Assembly: GCA_964537745.1 (NCBI GenBank)
Contig: CAZIAX010000001.1
Span: 11,865-75,864 of the forward strand
Direction of reading: 5' to 3'
Length of the DNA: 64,000 nt
From: an uncultured Sangeribacter sp.
GTDB taxonomy: Bacteria; Bacteroidota; Bacteroidia; Bacteroidales; Muribaculaceae
This document shows, one piece after another, positions 51,154-60,343 of the stretch (position 1 is the first letter of the stretch; every line of letters begins with the position of its first letter). The translations under genes were made by a program, and so were the position numbers. Below the pieces are notes generated by a model that was given only the letters and a program-made list of their open reading frames with translations, searched no databases and was not told where the DNA came from.

Positions 51154-52324
51154 GTTTGCGTCGGCGCACGGATTTCTGCGCGCTGGAATTAGCGGTGTTG
51201 GAAGTATTCTTCGGCTGAGAGACTTTCGGAGTGCTGGGTTTCTTCTTTGAGGCAGCCGACGATGTAGTCTTCTTGCGCCCTGAGCGCTTTGACTTCCGGG
51301 TTGTAGTCACCGGTTTCTCCTCGTCGGCAGTCACAACGGTACGCTCGGGAATAGAGTCACCGCTTTCTACAGCAGCCACGCCTGGAGCCTCGCCATTTTC
51401 CTCCGCCTCAAGCATAGCGAGGTATTCTTCTCGAGTCGGCACCCATAGGTCCTTTCCAAACTCACGAAGACGGGTGTCTATGCTGTCTTGCGCTCGCAGA
51501 CGGTCGTCCTCATCGGGAAACATCTGTGCCATCGATAGATTGCGCAGGTTTTTGGTCTTGTATATCTCTCCCTTGTACATTCCAAGATTGAAATAATCGT
51601 CGAGGCTGTATTGAGGAAGGTTATTGTCGTCTGTGAGGAAGACATATTGCTGAGCGAGATATGGACGCAATTGGTCAAACTTAACCCAAAACATCGGGTA
51701 GTTGGCGTCTCCACCGAAATCGCCACCTCTCGTCAATACCGGGCATATTGCCTCGACAAAGGTCTTCATGCGGTTGGTGCGTCGGTCAAACTCCCATTTC
51801 TCGATGATATAATATTTCAATACCTGCCCTGTCGGGACGTCTGCCTCCTCGATAGTATAGACAGCTCGGTCGCCATCACCCTGCTTTTGATAGTAGATAT
51901 CAAAACGGTCGAGCATCTCTCCTACCTTGATTTTATACTGGTCTGTAAAGACCTCGCGTCCGTCGAGATATTCATATGCAGGTATCTTGCCGTCTACGAC
52001 AAGACTGAGCATGATGCGGAAGAGATTCTGCTGGCCATCCACAATATCTTCAGGGAAGTAGAGAGGAGTGTTCTCAGGCACATTCTTAAGGTCGAGCTGA
52101 CGATATATCTGACGCTGATAGGCAAGGTCGGCGTCATGAGTCTTTGGCCCCTCGAAAAAGCCCTGCATTCGGTCGGTTATCTTCGGACCCGATGTATCTT
52201 CCTGCTTTTGGCCACGCTTCGAAGCTCCGCTGCGACGCACAACGCCAGTATTGTCCTGCGCCGTCAAGGAGAGGACAGTGGCCGCCAAAGCGGCTATAGG
52301 GAGTATTTTCTTAAATAGCTTCAT
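51149..52324 (-). CDS. porN: T9SS component PorN/GldN
   Basis: IYRQLDL...PLYFP, KWEFDRR...AICPV, YPMFWV; last gene after porK-L-M. Confidence 0.9.
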   Translation of the reverse strand: MKLFKKILPIAALAATVLSLTAQDNTGVVRRSGASKRGQKQEDTSGPKITDRMQGFFEGPKTHDADLAYQRQIYRQLDLKNVPENTPLYFPEDIVDGQQNLFRIMLSLVVDGKIPAYEYLDGREVFTDQYKIKVGEMLDRFDIYYQKQGDGDRAVYTIEEADVPTGQVLKYYIIEKWEFDRRTNRMKTFVEAICPVLTRGGDFGGDANYPMFWVKFDQLRPYLAQQYVFLTDDNNLPQYSLDDYFNLGMYKGEIYKTKNLRNLSMAQMFPDEDDRLRAQDSIDTRLREFGKDLWVPTREEYLAMLEAEENGEAPGVAAVESGDSIPERTVVTADEEKPVTTTRKSKRSGRKKTTSSAASKKKPSTPKVSQPKNTSNTANSSAQKSVRRRKR

Positions 52325-52363
52325 ATTCTATTACTTATGAGGCGACTGAATGCCACCTATACT

Positions 52364-53941
52364 TTAATTTAGCACTACCTGCATTGGCGATATCGTACGG
52401 GTGATACCGTCAGGACCTTTCGCCTTTACATCAGAGATGAAGAACTGTTGGCCATTCTTAAGGCGTCGGAACTGCTCCTTCTGTCTGGCTGAGAATTTGG
52501 AGCCGTCACTCACTTCCGGAATTGCATTACCCATCGAGTCAAAAAAGACGGTAGAGAACGATACTACTGTGTATGCGACGTCAAGAATTCCATCATCGAC
52601 AGAAGCTGACAGACCATCGCACGCCATCAAGGCTGCCTTACTGATACGCTTCGGTCCTCCTTTGTAGACAGATGGATTGCCCTGGGCATCTTTGACTGAG
52701 ATATACGCTGTAGGGTCTGGAAGCTGACGGATACGGAAGGTCATGCTCCCCACATTCTGATTGCTACCATCTACTGATGCAGAAACGCTTATGACAGCAT
52801 TCTCACCGACCTTAGTCGGACGGGCTATCCAATGGTCACCATTGCGTGTCAGTGCTCCATTGGTCATTGTCGCTGTCAAGGCAGACATCGGCACTCCAGG
52901 AACTGAGATAGATATCGGGTTGTCGATACCGGCATAAAGCACGTTCATCATCGTTGGTGAAATCGTCGCCATCGGCTCGATAACGTTATATTGCGATCTG
53001 AACTCATGTTTCTCAAGGGTTCCGTCGCCTTTCTTTACTTGAAGATAACCTGAATACTCATGGGAACCCGTCTGACCAGCAGTAAACTCATATATACCAT
53101 TTGGATTTCCGAGCTTTTGCCCATTGACGAATATTTCGGGGCGCATTGTGGTGTCTATGGCGGCAAGCACAATCTTAGCTGAGTATTTACCTCCGCGCAT
53201 GACCATGTTAGAATTTGGAAGTACATATGCGCTGAGCTCATTGACACGTACGTCGCCGATATCTACGTTGGTTATGAGATTGGATAGAGCCTCGCTCTCT
53301 GCCTGACTGACGTCATTCTGCAGCTTTGTAAGCATAGTCACCGCTGCTATCGCAGGCATATTGTCAAATAGCTTTTCCTCCCATTTCACTTCTCCTACGG
53401 TGCCTTTCACACTTTCCACTTTTGTAGAGAGCATCTCATTTATCACGCCACGCTTGACAGTGTCAGGCACGAGTGAAGTCACATATGCGCGGTATTCCTC
53501 GATAGCCTCGCGAAGCTTCTCTCCTCGTTTTGAGGCAGGATTCAGAAGCACAGCTGAGGCTGCTTCAAGGTCATCAAGATTCTTCAGATCTGTATAGTCG
53601 CCATCCTTGCCATCGGCCTTCTTGGCGATCTCCGTCTTAATATCTTCAATAAGAGAATAGAGTTTCCCGGTGTGCTCATGAAGGGTATTCCCTTTCTCAT
53701 ACCATGGGCCAGCCTTGGTGGGATTCTTCTCATAGAGTTCCGCCAAGTAGTCGAACTGTATTTTATTTTTAGTAGAAAGATTGTCGTTGGTGCGATGCAA
53801 GGAATCCTGCACCTGACTGAAGCCGTTAAGCACGTCGCTCGATACGTTGAGCGCGAGCATAGCGGTAAGGACGATATACATAAGGTTTATCATCCTCTGC
53901 CTCGGCGACATTCTTGCTACGTTGTTTCCTCCTCCTGCCAT
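52364..53941 (-). CDS. porM: T9SS motor subunit PorM/GldM
   Basis: SPRQRMINLMYIVLTAMLALNVS, MNVLYAGIDNPISISVPG. Confidence 0.97.
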   Translation of the reverse strand: MAGGGNNVARMSPRQRMINLMYIVLTAMLALNVSSDVLNGFSQVQDSLHRTNDNLSTKNKIQFDYLAELYEKNPTKAGPWYEKGNTLHEHTGKLYSLIEDIKTEIAKKADGKDGDYTDLKNLDDLEAASAVLLNPASKRGEKLREAIEEYRAYVTSLVPDTVKRGVINEMLSTKVESVKGTVGEVKWEEKLFDNMPAIAAVTMLTKLQNDVSQAESEALSNLITNVDIGDVRVNELSAYVLPNSNMVMRGGKYSAKIVLAAIDTTMRPEIFVNGQKLGNPNGIYEFTAGQTGSHEYSGYLQVKKGDGTLEKHEFRSQYNVIEPMATISPTMMNVLYAGIDNPISISVPGVPMSALTATMTNGALTRNGDHWIARPTKVGENAVISVSASVDGSNQNVGSMTFRIRQLPDPTAYISVKDAQGNPSVYKGGPKRISKAALMACDGLSASVDDGILDVAYTVVSFSTVFFDSMGNAIPEVSDGSKFSARQKEQFRRLKNGQQFFISDVKAKGPDGITRTISPMQVVLN

Positions 53942-53949
53942 TTTCTAAT

Positions 53950-54954
53950 TTATTTTTCCTCGAAAGGATTCTGACGCTGGGCTGCTACGCCGCCAGCCAT
54001 CGGGTTGGCCATGTTCATGGTCATAGCCGTGATCATATTTTCATATATCTTGTTGAGCTGACGCATATAGCGGCTCATGCGCTCTGTCTCCTCGCAGTAG
54101 CGGCTCGACTCGTTGGCTGACTTCTCATACATATCGCGTATATCCTTCAGGCCGCGGTTGACTCTGTCAATGCTCTCAAGCTGCGAGCTGATACTCTTGA
54201 GCTGAATCTCGTAGATAGTGTTAAGGCCGCCGATATTGCGGTTAAGGTCCTCCAGTCGCTCCACATAACCATTGGAAGAAGCAGACACGGATTCAGAATT
54301 GTCTGTGATAGCTTTGTATGAATTGAGCAGTACTTCGCTGACTTTGTTGAGCGCATCAGTGGTCTCGCGCAGCTGGGCAATCTGTTCGGTGACGCCCTTC
54401 ATCTGCTCAGCCATATCCTTCATCGACTCGACAAGATTGTTGGTGTCCTCCTCACTGATATCCATATTAGGAGCTGCTACACCTCCGCCTCCGCCTGCTA
54501 TTATGATGCCTTGAGATGCACCGGAAGAAGCAGCCACTCCAGAAGCGCCAGCATCATCATATCCTTGAAAATCAAGGCTACTAACAGATGCTCCACCAGA
54601 TGAAGAACCTCCACTTCCTCCAGCTATAACTACGCCTCCGGAGACCCCGTCGCCACCATGTCCGCTCAGATCAGGACGATCTTCCGGATTATGGCTATCG
54701 AGCACCGGGAATACATCTTCCCAATGATAATCCTTCGGAGGACGGTCGAAAGCAGTCAGCAAGAACATTGCAATCTCAGTACCCATACCGATACAGAGCA
54801 GTGTGCTACCACCGGGAAGGTGGAGTATCTTGAAGAGCGCACCCCAAATCACGACGGCGGCGCCTATGGAATATGCGAAATTAAAGAAACGCTGTCCTTT
54901 CTCTCCGTGCAGGAAACGTTCTATGAAGTTGGCGTATTTGCGGATTTTGACCAT
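53950..54954 (-). CDS. porL: T9SS motor subunit PorL/GldL
   Basis: YSIGAAVVIWGALFKILH...GMGTE, YHWEDVFPVL, LNTIYEIQL, LNKIYENMITAM. Confidence 0.96.
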   Translation of the reverse strand: MVKIRKYANFIERFLHGEKGQRFFNFAYSIGAAVVIWGALFKILHLPGGSTLLCIGMGTEIAMFLLTAFDRPPKDYHWEDVFPVLDSHNPEDRPDLSGHGGDGVSGGVVIAGGSGGSSSGGASVSSLDFQGYDDAGASGVAASSGASQGIIIAGGGGGVAAPNMDISEEDTNNLVESMKDMAEQMKGVTEQIAQLRETTDALNKVSEVLLNSYKAITDNSESVSASSNGYVERLEDLNRNIGGLNTIYEIQLKSISSQLESIDRVNRGLKDIRDMYEKSANESSRYCEETERMSRYMRQLNKIYENMITAMTMNMANPMAGGVAAQRQNPFEEK

Positions 54955-54985
54955 TGATGTTTGAATTATTTAGCGAGTCAAAGTA

Positions 54986-56458
54986 TTACTTTCTTTTCTG
55001 AGTTCCCTTAGCGAAACCAATCTGTGAGCGCACGCAGCGGAATCCGATATAGGAGCGTTGCTCATTCTGGTATTCCCACTGGCGAAGGTCGCTGCGAAGA
55101 TTTTGCATTACGTCTTTCCAGCTACCGCCACGCACAATCTTGCGCTTCATCTTATATGGGTCTTCGATTGCGGCATTATAGCGGTATTCAGGATTGATGT
55201 CGCTCGTAAGGCGATCTATGCTCTCCGTAAAGGCTGTAGAGGTCCATTCGCTGACATTGCCGGCCATATCGAACAGGCCGAAATCATTGGCCTTGTAAGT
55301 GCCCACAGGCGAAGTGATGACGTGTCCGTCGCGCACATAGTCGCCGTCGCCAGGCTTGAAGTTGGCATAAAAGCATCCGCGCTCATCCATTGGAAGAGTC
55401 TCGCTCCATGGGAAGGAACTTTCGGAATTTCCGGCACGTGCTGCATATTCCCATTCCGCTTCCGTAGGCAGACGGTAAGGCTCAATATAGACTCCCTCCT
55501 TGCCCAGACTACGGCGCAGATAGTCTGTGCGCCAGTTGGCAAAGGCATTTGCCTGGTCCCAGCTTACTCCTACCACTGGATAGTTGTTGTAGCCAGGGTT
55601 GGAGAAGTAAAGGCGCGTGTATTGCTCATTGTAGGCATTGTCAAAATCGTTGATCCAGGCAGTGGTGTCAGGATATACATTGACAATGTATGTATTGAGA
55701 AAGTCGAAATCTCCAGAGAGAGGACGGGTGACGGTCTCACGGATGATCTCACCCTCATCGGTCAGATAAGCTGTATCCTTTGATATAATCGGCAATTCAT
55801 AATTGACCGGATTGTCTGTGTTATAGTCGCGTCTGGTAGCGTCAAGTCTATTCTTGCGTTTGGCGGCTTCCGTATGGTTGAATATCTCATAGCGATAGTT
55901 GAGCTGAGTGGGGTCGAGCTCTCGCTGGCCTGTTATTGGGTTGGTGCGGTAGACGCTCTCTATAGCTCTCTGCTCATCTTCGTTGGCGTTGCGCCAAGGT
56001 ATAGGTTTGTTCCAGTTGAGATAAGGAGTTATGGGATTTCCCTCCTTGTCTTCCTCAATCTTAAACGCCTCGTTGCCACCATAGGCGGGGTCTGCGAGAC
56101 GCTCACGGATGATGGAGTCGCGCACCCAAAGCACAAACTGCTTGTATTTGGAGTTGGTCACTTCAGTCTCGTCCATCCAGAATGCGTCGACAGAGACACC
56201 CTTGGGATTCCCTTTGATGCCCCAGATAGAGTCATCCTTAGCAGGGCCCATAGCATATGCACCGCGGTCTACAAGCACCATACCATAAGGAACTGGCTCG
56301 GCGAAGGTGCTTCCGCCTACACCGGTCACTTCACCTCCGGCTCCGCCTCGCCCAAGCGACGCACAGCTTGCGAGCATAAACATAGCCGCTGCTATCCATA
56401 CAGCAGTGAAGGAATAACGGTATGCGGCTGCAATATCTTTGATGTCTGAAATTCTCAT
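54986..56458 (-). CDS. porK: T9SS lipoprotein PorK/GldK
   Basis: LASC lipobox, FWMDETEVTN, VYPDTTAW, RLPTEAEWEYAAR, MAGNVSEW, IGFRCV. Confidence 0.96.
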   Translation of the reverse strand: MRISDIKDIAAAYRYSFTAVWIAAAMFMLASCASLGRGGAGGEVTGVGGSTFAEPVPYGMVLVDRGAYAMGPAKDDSIWGIKGNPKGVSVDAFWMDETEVTNSKYKQFVLWVRDSIIRERLADPAYGGNEAFKIEEDKEGNPITPYLNWNKPIPWRNANEDEQRAIESVYRTNPITGQRELDPTQLNYRYEIFNHTEAAKRKNRLDATRRDYNTDNPVNYELPIISKDTAYLTDEGEIIRETVTRPLSGDFDFLNTYIVNVYPDTTAWINDFDNAYNEQYTRLYFSNPGYNNYPVVGVSWDQANAFANWRTDYLRRSLGKEGVYIEPYRLPTEAEWEYAARAGNSESSFPWSETLPMDERGCFYANFKPGDGDYVRDGHVITSPVGTYKANDFGLFDMAGNVSEWTSTAFTESIDRLTSDINPEYRYNAAIEDPYKMKRKIVRGGSWKDVMQNLRSDLRQWEYQNEQRSYIGFRCVRSQIGFAKGTQKRK

Positions 56459-56522
56459 TATTTAGAGGTTGTTACGATTGCCTTTTAATAGATGTTGTTT
56501 AAGTTATTTCCTGCCCAGATGC

Positions 56523-57542
56523 TCACATTAGGCGAATACTTCTGTGCCGGTGTCTGTTCTTCCCGCTGAAGTCAAGCTTCAGCCGATAGCCTACCGTCAG
56601 TTCGTGGCTGCCGCTCGATGCTTTCAGTATCTTCGAGGTCGGTATGTCGTAAGCGTATCCCAGAATGAAATTCTTGAATTCCGCGCCCAAATTGATGCTT
56701 ACGGCGTCGTCCCATCTATAGGCCAGGCCACCAAAAAACATCTTATTATACCATCCTTTGAGCGATACGACACCTGAGAAGCTACGGAAGTCGGATGCCA
56801 CAATGAGATCGGGTTGCAATTCTATTAACGTGTTTTTGACCGGAATATTGCTTCCGGCCGTCACATAGAGCACACGGTTAACATATGTTTCGAATTCGTG
56901 GTTGTCTGAAGTGGCGGAAGAAGAGGTGGTACCTTTCGTGTTCAGCTTCACTTTCGGAGCCGCTGGATGCAGCATAGAAACTCCGACATTAAACTTAGGA
57001 TGTACGTATTGCAGACCTATGCCAAAGTCGACAGTGCCGCCTCCTACATCCTGAGTCGGTATGGAGGGGTCGTTAGATTCATGATAGTCGTCATCGTCTG
57101 GTATATAGACATCCGACCCTCGGAAATTTGACCCGAAATATCCTACCTGAATTCCTATCGTAAGTTCTCCCCCGAAGAGTTTTTTCAAGCGGCCACTCAA
57201 CTGACCGTTGACATATGTATTTGAGAAAAGCCCTATCCCTTCCTGAGTGACATTTACTCCTCCACCCCATCTTCTGCCAAGCAGCTTAAATGGTATGTCG
57301 GCAGTGGCAGTAAAGCTTTTTGGGGCGTTCTCTATCCCGACCCACTGAAGGCGTGCAGCTCCACGTATCCTAAGCCAGTCAGTCGAGCCGGCTGCCGCAG
57401 GATTATATAGGGTAGGAAGGGCCCAGGCCTGGGTATACAGAGGGTCACTCTGCGCCCTTGTAAAGAGGGGCGAGAGCGAGGTAAGCAGGCTTACGACGGC
57501 GAGCACTACAATTCGCTGTATATTTCGTATAGGGTTATCCAT
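56523..57542 (-). CDS. porP: T9SS beta-barrel PorP/SprF
   Basis: AQSDPLYTQ...YNPAAAG, QWVGIENAP, GYAYD...GSHE; immediately upstream of porK. Confidence 0.92.
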   Translation of the reverse strand: MDNPIRNIQRIVVLAVVSLLTSLSPLFTRAQSDPLYTQAWALPTLYNPAAAGSTDWLRIRGAARLQWVGIENAPKSFTATADIPFKLLGRRWGGGVNVTQEGIGLFSNTYVNGQLSGRLKKLFGGELTIGIQVGYFGSNFRGSDVYIPDDDDYHESNDPSIPTQDVGGGTVDFGIGLQYVHPKFNVGVSMLHPAAPKVKLNTKGTTSSSATSDNHEFETYVNRVLYVTAGSNIPVKNTLIELQPDLIVASDFRSFSGVVSLKGWYNKMFFGGLAYRWDDAVSINLGAEFKNFILGYAYDIPTSKILKASSGSHELTVGYRLKLDFSGKNRHRHRSIRLM

Positions 57543-57562
57543 TGATTTGAGACGTTTCTTTG

Positions 57563-58324
57563 CTATTCAAAGTAAAAGGAGAGCACCACCATGTTGCCCT
57601 TCATTTTATTGAGTGATTGGGTTATCTGCATCGTAGCGGGATTCTCGTCAAGGTCAGGCCGGTCATGCTTGAGAATATCGGTCAGTCCAAAGCAAAACTT
57701 AATCTCCGGACAAAGCTTGAAGAAAGGGAGATAGAAGTCACACCCCAATCCCACAGTCAGCATCGTGTCGAAGTTTTTAGTGACAATAGGATCTGAACGT
57801 TTTTTCGAGATATCGAGCACCCCCATAGCCCCTACTGTGAAGTATGGACGAGTATTGTGAAGTCTATCGCCAGATATCTTAAGGTCGAGTGGGATGACCA
57901 CATATGCGCTTTTCATATCTTGAATCTGCTTCTCGCCAGAATTGAAGTCGAGCATATGCACGGTCTTCGAGCCAAAATACATGCCGGGAGAAAGACGCAG
58001 GTTAAAGTATCGGTGCAGACGGAGGTCGCCGAGCACTGTGGCGTTGAAGCCAGGTGAAAAGTCAGGCACCTCTACTTGCCACTGATGCCCGTCGTCGGTG
58101 ATTAGTCCTGAATGAGTGAAGGAAAGATCCTGCACGTGTGTGCCCACAGAGAAGCCCCAATGCCAGCGCTTGAGGTCGGCATACTGACGGTTTGGCACCT
58201 TCTCGCCCCATTTGGCGTAGGAGGCGCCCGGGATACCGAGCACAATCAACAGCATTAAGAGCCGCAGGGCAGTATTTCGAAAGGTTGAAGATGTCATATG
58301 TATGTGGAAAGTATGTTGCGACAT
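57563..58324 (-). CDS. porT: T9SS outer-membrane protein PorT/SprT (start uncertain)
   Basis: NRQYAD...HWGFSVG, PGFNATVLGDLRL, GCDFYLPFFKLCPEIKFCFGL, SFYFE end. Confidence 0.9.
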   Translation of the reverse strand: MSQHTFHIHMTSSTFRNTALRLLMLLIVLGIPGASYAKWGEKVPNRQYADLKRWHWGFSVGTHVQDLSFTHSGLITDDGHQWQVEVPDFSPGFNATVLGDLRLHRYFNLRLSPGMYFGSKTVHMLDFNSGEKQIQDMKSAYVVIPLDLKISGDRLHNTRPYFTVGAMGVLDISKKRSDPIVTKNFDTMLTVGLGCDFYLPFFKLCPEIKFCFGLTDILKHDRPDLDENPATMQITQSLNKMKGNMVVLSFYFE

Positions 58325-58421
58325 GGGGTAAAAACCGCCACATTCTGTATAAGAAACGAAAAAATGAAATTTTTCTTATGCAATATTATGATGTTTGCAA
58401 ATATTTGCTTAAATTTGCGGA

Positions 58422-59444
58422 ATGAAACGTATAATAACCCTTGGAGAGATAATGCTCCGTCTTTCGCCGGAAGGTCATCGGCGATTCATTCAGAGCGACA
58501 TCTTCGAAGTCATCTTCGGTGGCGGCGAGGCAAATGTCGCTGTTAGTTGCGCCAACTATGGTATGGACGCAAAGTTTGTAACTAAACTGCCTACTCATGA
58601 AATCGGACAGGCTGCTGTCAATGCCCTCCGCCGCTATGGCGTCGACACTCAGTACATTGCCCGTGGTGGCGACCGCGTTGGTATCTACTACTGCGAGACC
58701 GGTGCTTCTATGCGCCCCTCAAAAGTGATCTATGACCGCGCTCACTCATCCATCTCAGAGGCTGATCCTTCAGATTTTGATTTCGATGAGATCATGAAGG
58801 GTGCCGACTGGTTCCACTGGAGCGGCATCACACCTGCTATCAGCGACAAGGCCGCTGAGCTCACTCGCCTTGCTTGCGAGGCTGCAAAGCGCCACGGTGT
58901 GACAGTATCTGTCGACCTCAATTTCCGCAAGAAACTCTGGTCAAGCGAAAAGGCTCAGTCTATCATGCGCCCCCTCATGAAGTATGTCGACGTCTGCATT
59001 GGCAATGAGGAAGACGCAGAACTCTGTCTCGGCTTCAAGCCGGATGCCGACGTTGAGGCTGGCGATACCTCTGCCGAAGGATACAAAGGCATTTTCCAAG
59101 CTATGATGAAGGAATTCGGATTCAAATATGTAGTCTCTACTCTTCGCGAATCTTACTCCGCAAGCAACAATGGCTGGAAGGCCATGATCTACAATGGCGA
59201 GGAGTTCTATGAGTCTAAGCGCTACGAAATCAACCCCATCATCGACCGCGTAGGCGGTGGCGACTCATTCTCCGGCGGCCTTATCTATGGCCTCCTCAAC
59301 AAGGAGACTCAGGGAGAGGCTCTCGAATTCGCTGTTGCTGCTTCTGCTCTCAAGCAGACTATCCCCGGCGACTTCAACCTCGTGACTATCGCTGAGGTAG
59401 AAGCCCTCGCAGGCGGCAGCGCAAACGGTCGCGTACAGCGTTAA
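58422..59444 (+). CDS. kdgK: 2-keto-3-deoxygluconate kinase (PfkB family)
   Basis: GEIMLRLS, GGGEANVA, DLNFRKKLW, DRVGGGDSF. Confidence 0.93.
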   Translation: MKRIITLGEIMLRLSPEGHRRFIQSDIFEVIFGGGEANVAVSCANYGMDAKFVTKLPTHEIGQAAVNALRRYGVDTQYIARGGDRVGIYYCETGASMRPSKVIYDRAHSSISEADPSDFDFDEIMKGADWFHWSGITPAISDKAAELTRLACEAAKRHGVTVSVDLNFRKKLWSSEKAQSIMRPLMKYVDVCIGNEEDAELCLGFKPDADVEAGDTSAEGYKGIFQAMMKEFGFKYVVSTLRESYSASNNGWKAMIYNGEEFYESKRYEINPIIDRVGGGDSFSGGLIYGLLNKETQGEALEFAVAASALKQTIPGDFNLVTIAEVEALAGGSANGRVQR

Positions 59445-59465
59445 TCCTTACCCAACAACTAAACC

Positions 59466-59523
59466 TAAACCGTTTAAACCTTCTAAACCGTTTAAACATC
59501 CCAAACCTTCTAAACCTTTAAAC
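59466..59523. repeat. Array of degenerate 9-bp TAAACCNNN units
   Basis: TAAACCGTT TAAACCTTC TAAACCGTT TAAACATCC CAAACCTTC TAAACCTT TAAAC. Confidence 0.75.
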
Positions 59524-59528
59524 TGACA

Positions 59529-60197
59529 ATGGCAAAATTTGATAAGCTGCAAGTGCTTGCAAAGATGGCTGAGGCTCCGATGGTGCCTGTGTTCTATCAC
59601 AAGGACGCTGAGGTGGCCAAGGCAGTCGTAAAGGCTTGCTACGATGGCGGAGTACGTGCGTTTGAATTCACAAACCGTGGCGATTTCGCTCATGAGATTT
59701 TTGCGGAAGTAGTCAAGTTTGCAGCTAAGGAGTGCCCTGAGATGGCACTCGGCGTTGGCTCCATCGTCGAGCCGGCTGCAGCTTCACTCTATATCCAGCA
59801 GGGCGCATGCTTCGTAGTAGGCCCCCTCTTCAATCCTGAGGTAGCCAAAGTCTGCAACCGCAGACTCGTACCCTACACTCCCGGTTGCGGCACCGTTTCC
59901 GAGATTGGTTTCGCACAGGAGGTGGGCTGCGATCTTTGCAAAGTGTTCCCTGGCGACGTGCTCGGTCCTAAATTCGTCAAGGGTCTTCTCGCTCCGATGC
60001 CCTGGTCAAAGATCATGGTCACTGGCGGCGTCGAGCCAACTGAAGAAAACCTCAAGGGCTGGTTTGCAGCTGGCGTATACTGCGTAGGCATGGGCTCCAA
60101 GCTCTTCCCGAAAGACAAGGTAGCTGCCGGCGACTGGAAGTACGTCACCGAAAAGTGCCGCGAGGCCCTCGACATCATCGCTAAGCTCAAAGCCTAA
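59529..60197 (+). CDS. eda: KDPG/KHG aldolase
   Basis: [37 protein letters not shown]. Confidence 0.93.
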   Translation: MAKFDKLQVLAKMAEAPMVPVFYHKDAEVAKAVVKACYDGGVRAFEFTNRGDFAHEIFAEVVKFAAKECPEMALGVGSIVEPAAASLYIQQGACFVVGPLFNPEVAKVCNRRLVPYTPGCGTVSEIGFAQEVGCDLCKVFPGDVLGPKFVKGLLAPMPWSKIMVTGGVEPTEENLKGWFAAGVYCVGMGSKLFPKDKVAAGDWKYVTEKCREALDIIAKLKA

Positions 60198-60231
60198 ACA
60201 CAAAAACACTAAAAACAAAACATCAAATATC

Positions 60232-60263
60232 AAAGGCGGCCTCCAGTAAGAGACCGCCTTTTC
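60232..60263 (+). terminator. Intrinsic terminator after eda
   Basis: AAAGGCGG-cctccagtaagaga-CCGCCTTTTC. Confidence 0.7.
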
Positions 60264-60343
60264 TTATAACATTCTATCTTAATCACACTATAACCTTATA
60301 ACCTCATAACCTTCAACACTCGCCCCCAAAGGCGAAAGTTGAG

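Noticed and set aside
59448-59693. 81-aa minus-strand ORF with GLEGLG repeats
   Set aside because: Artefact of translating the 9-bp intergenic repeat; antisense to eda
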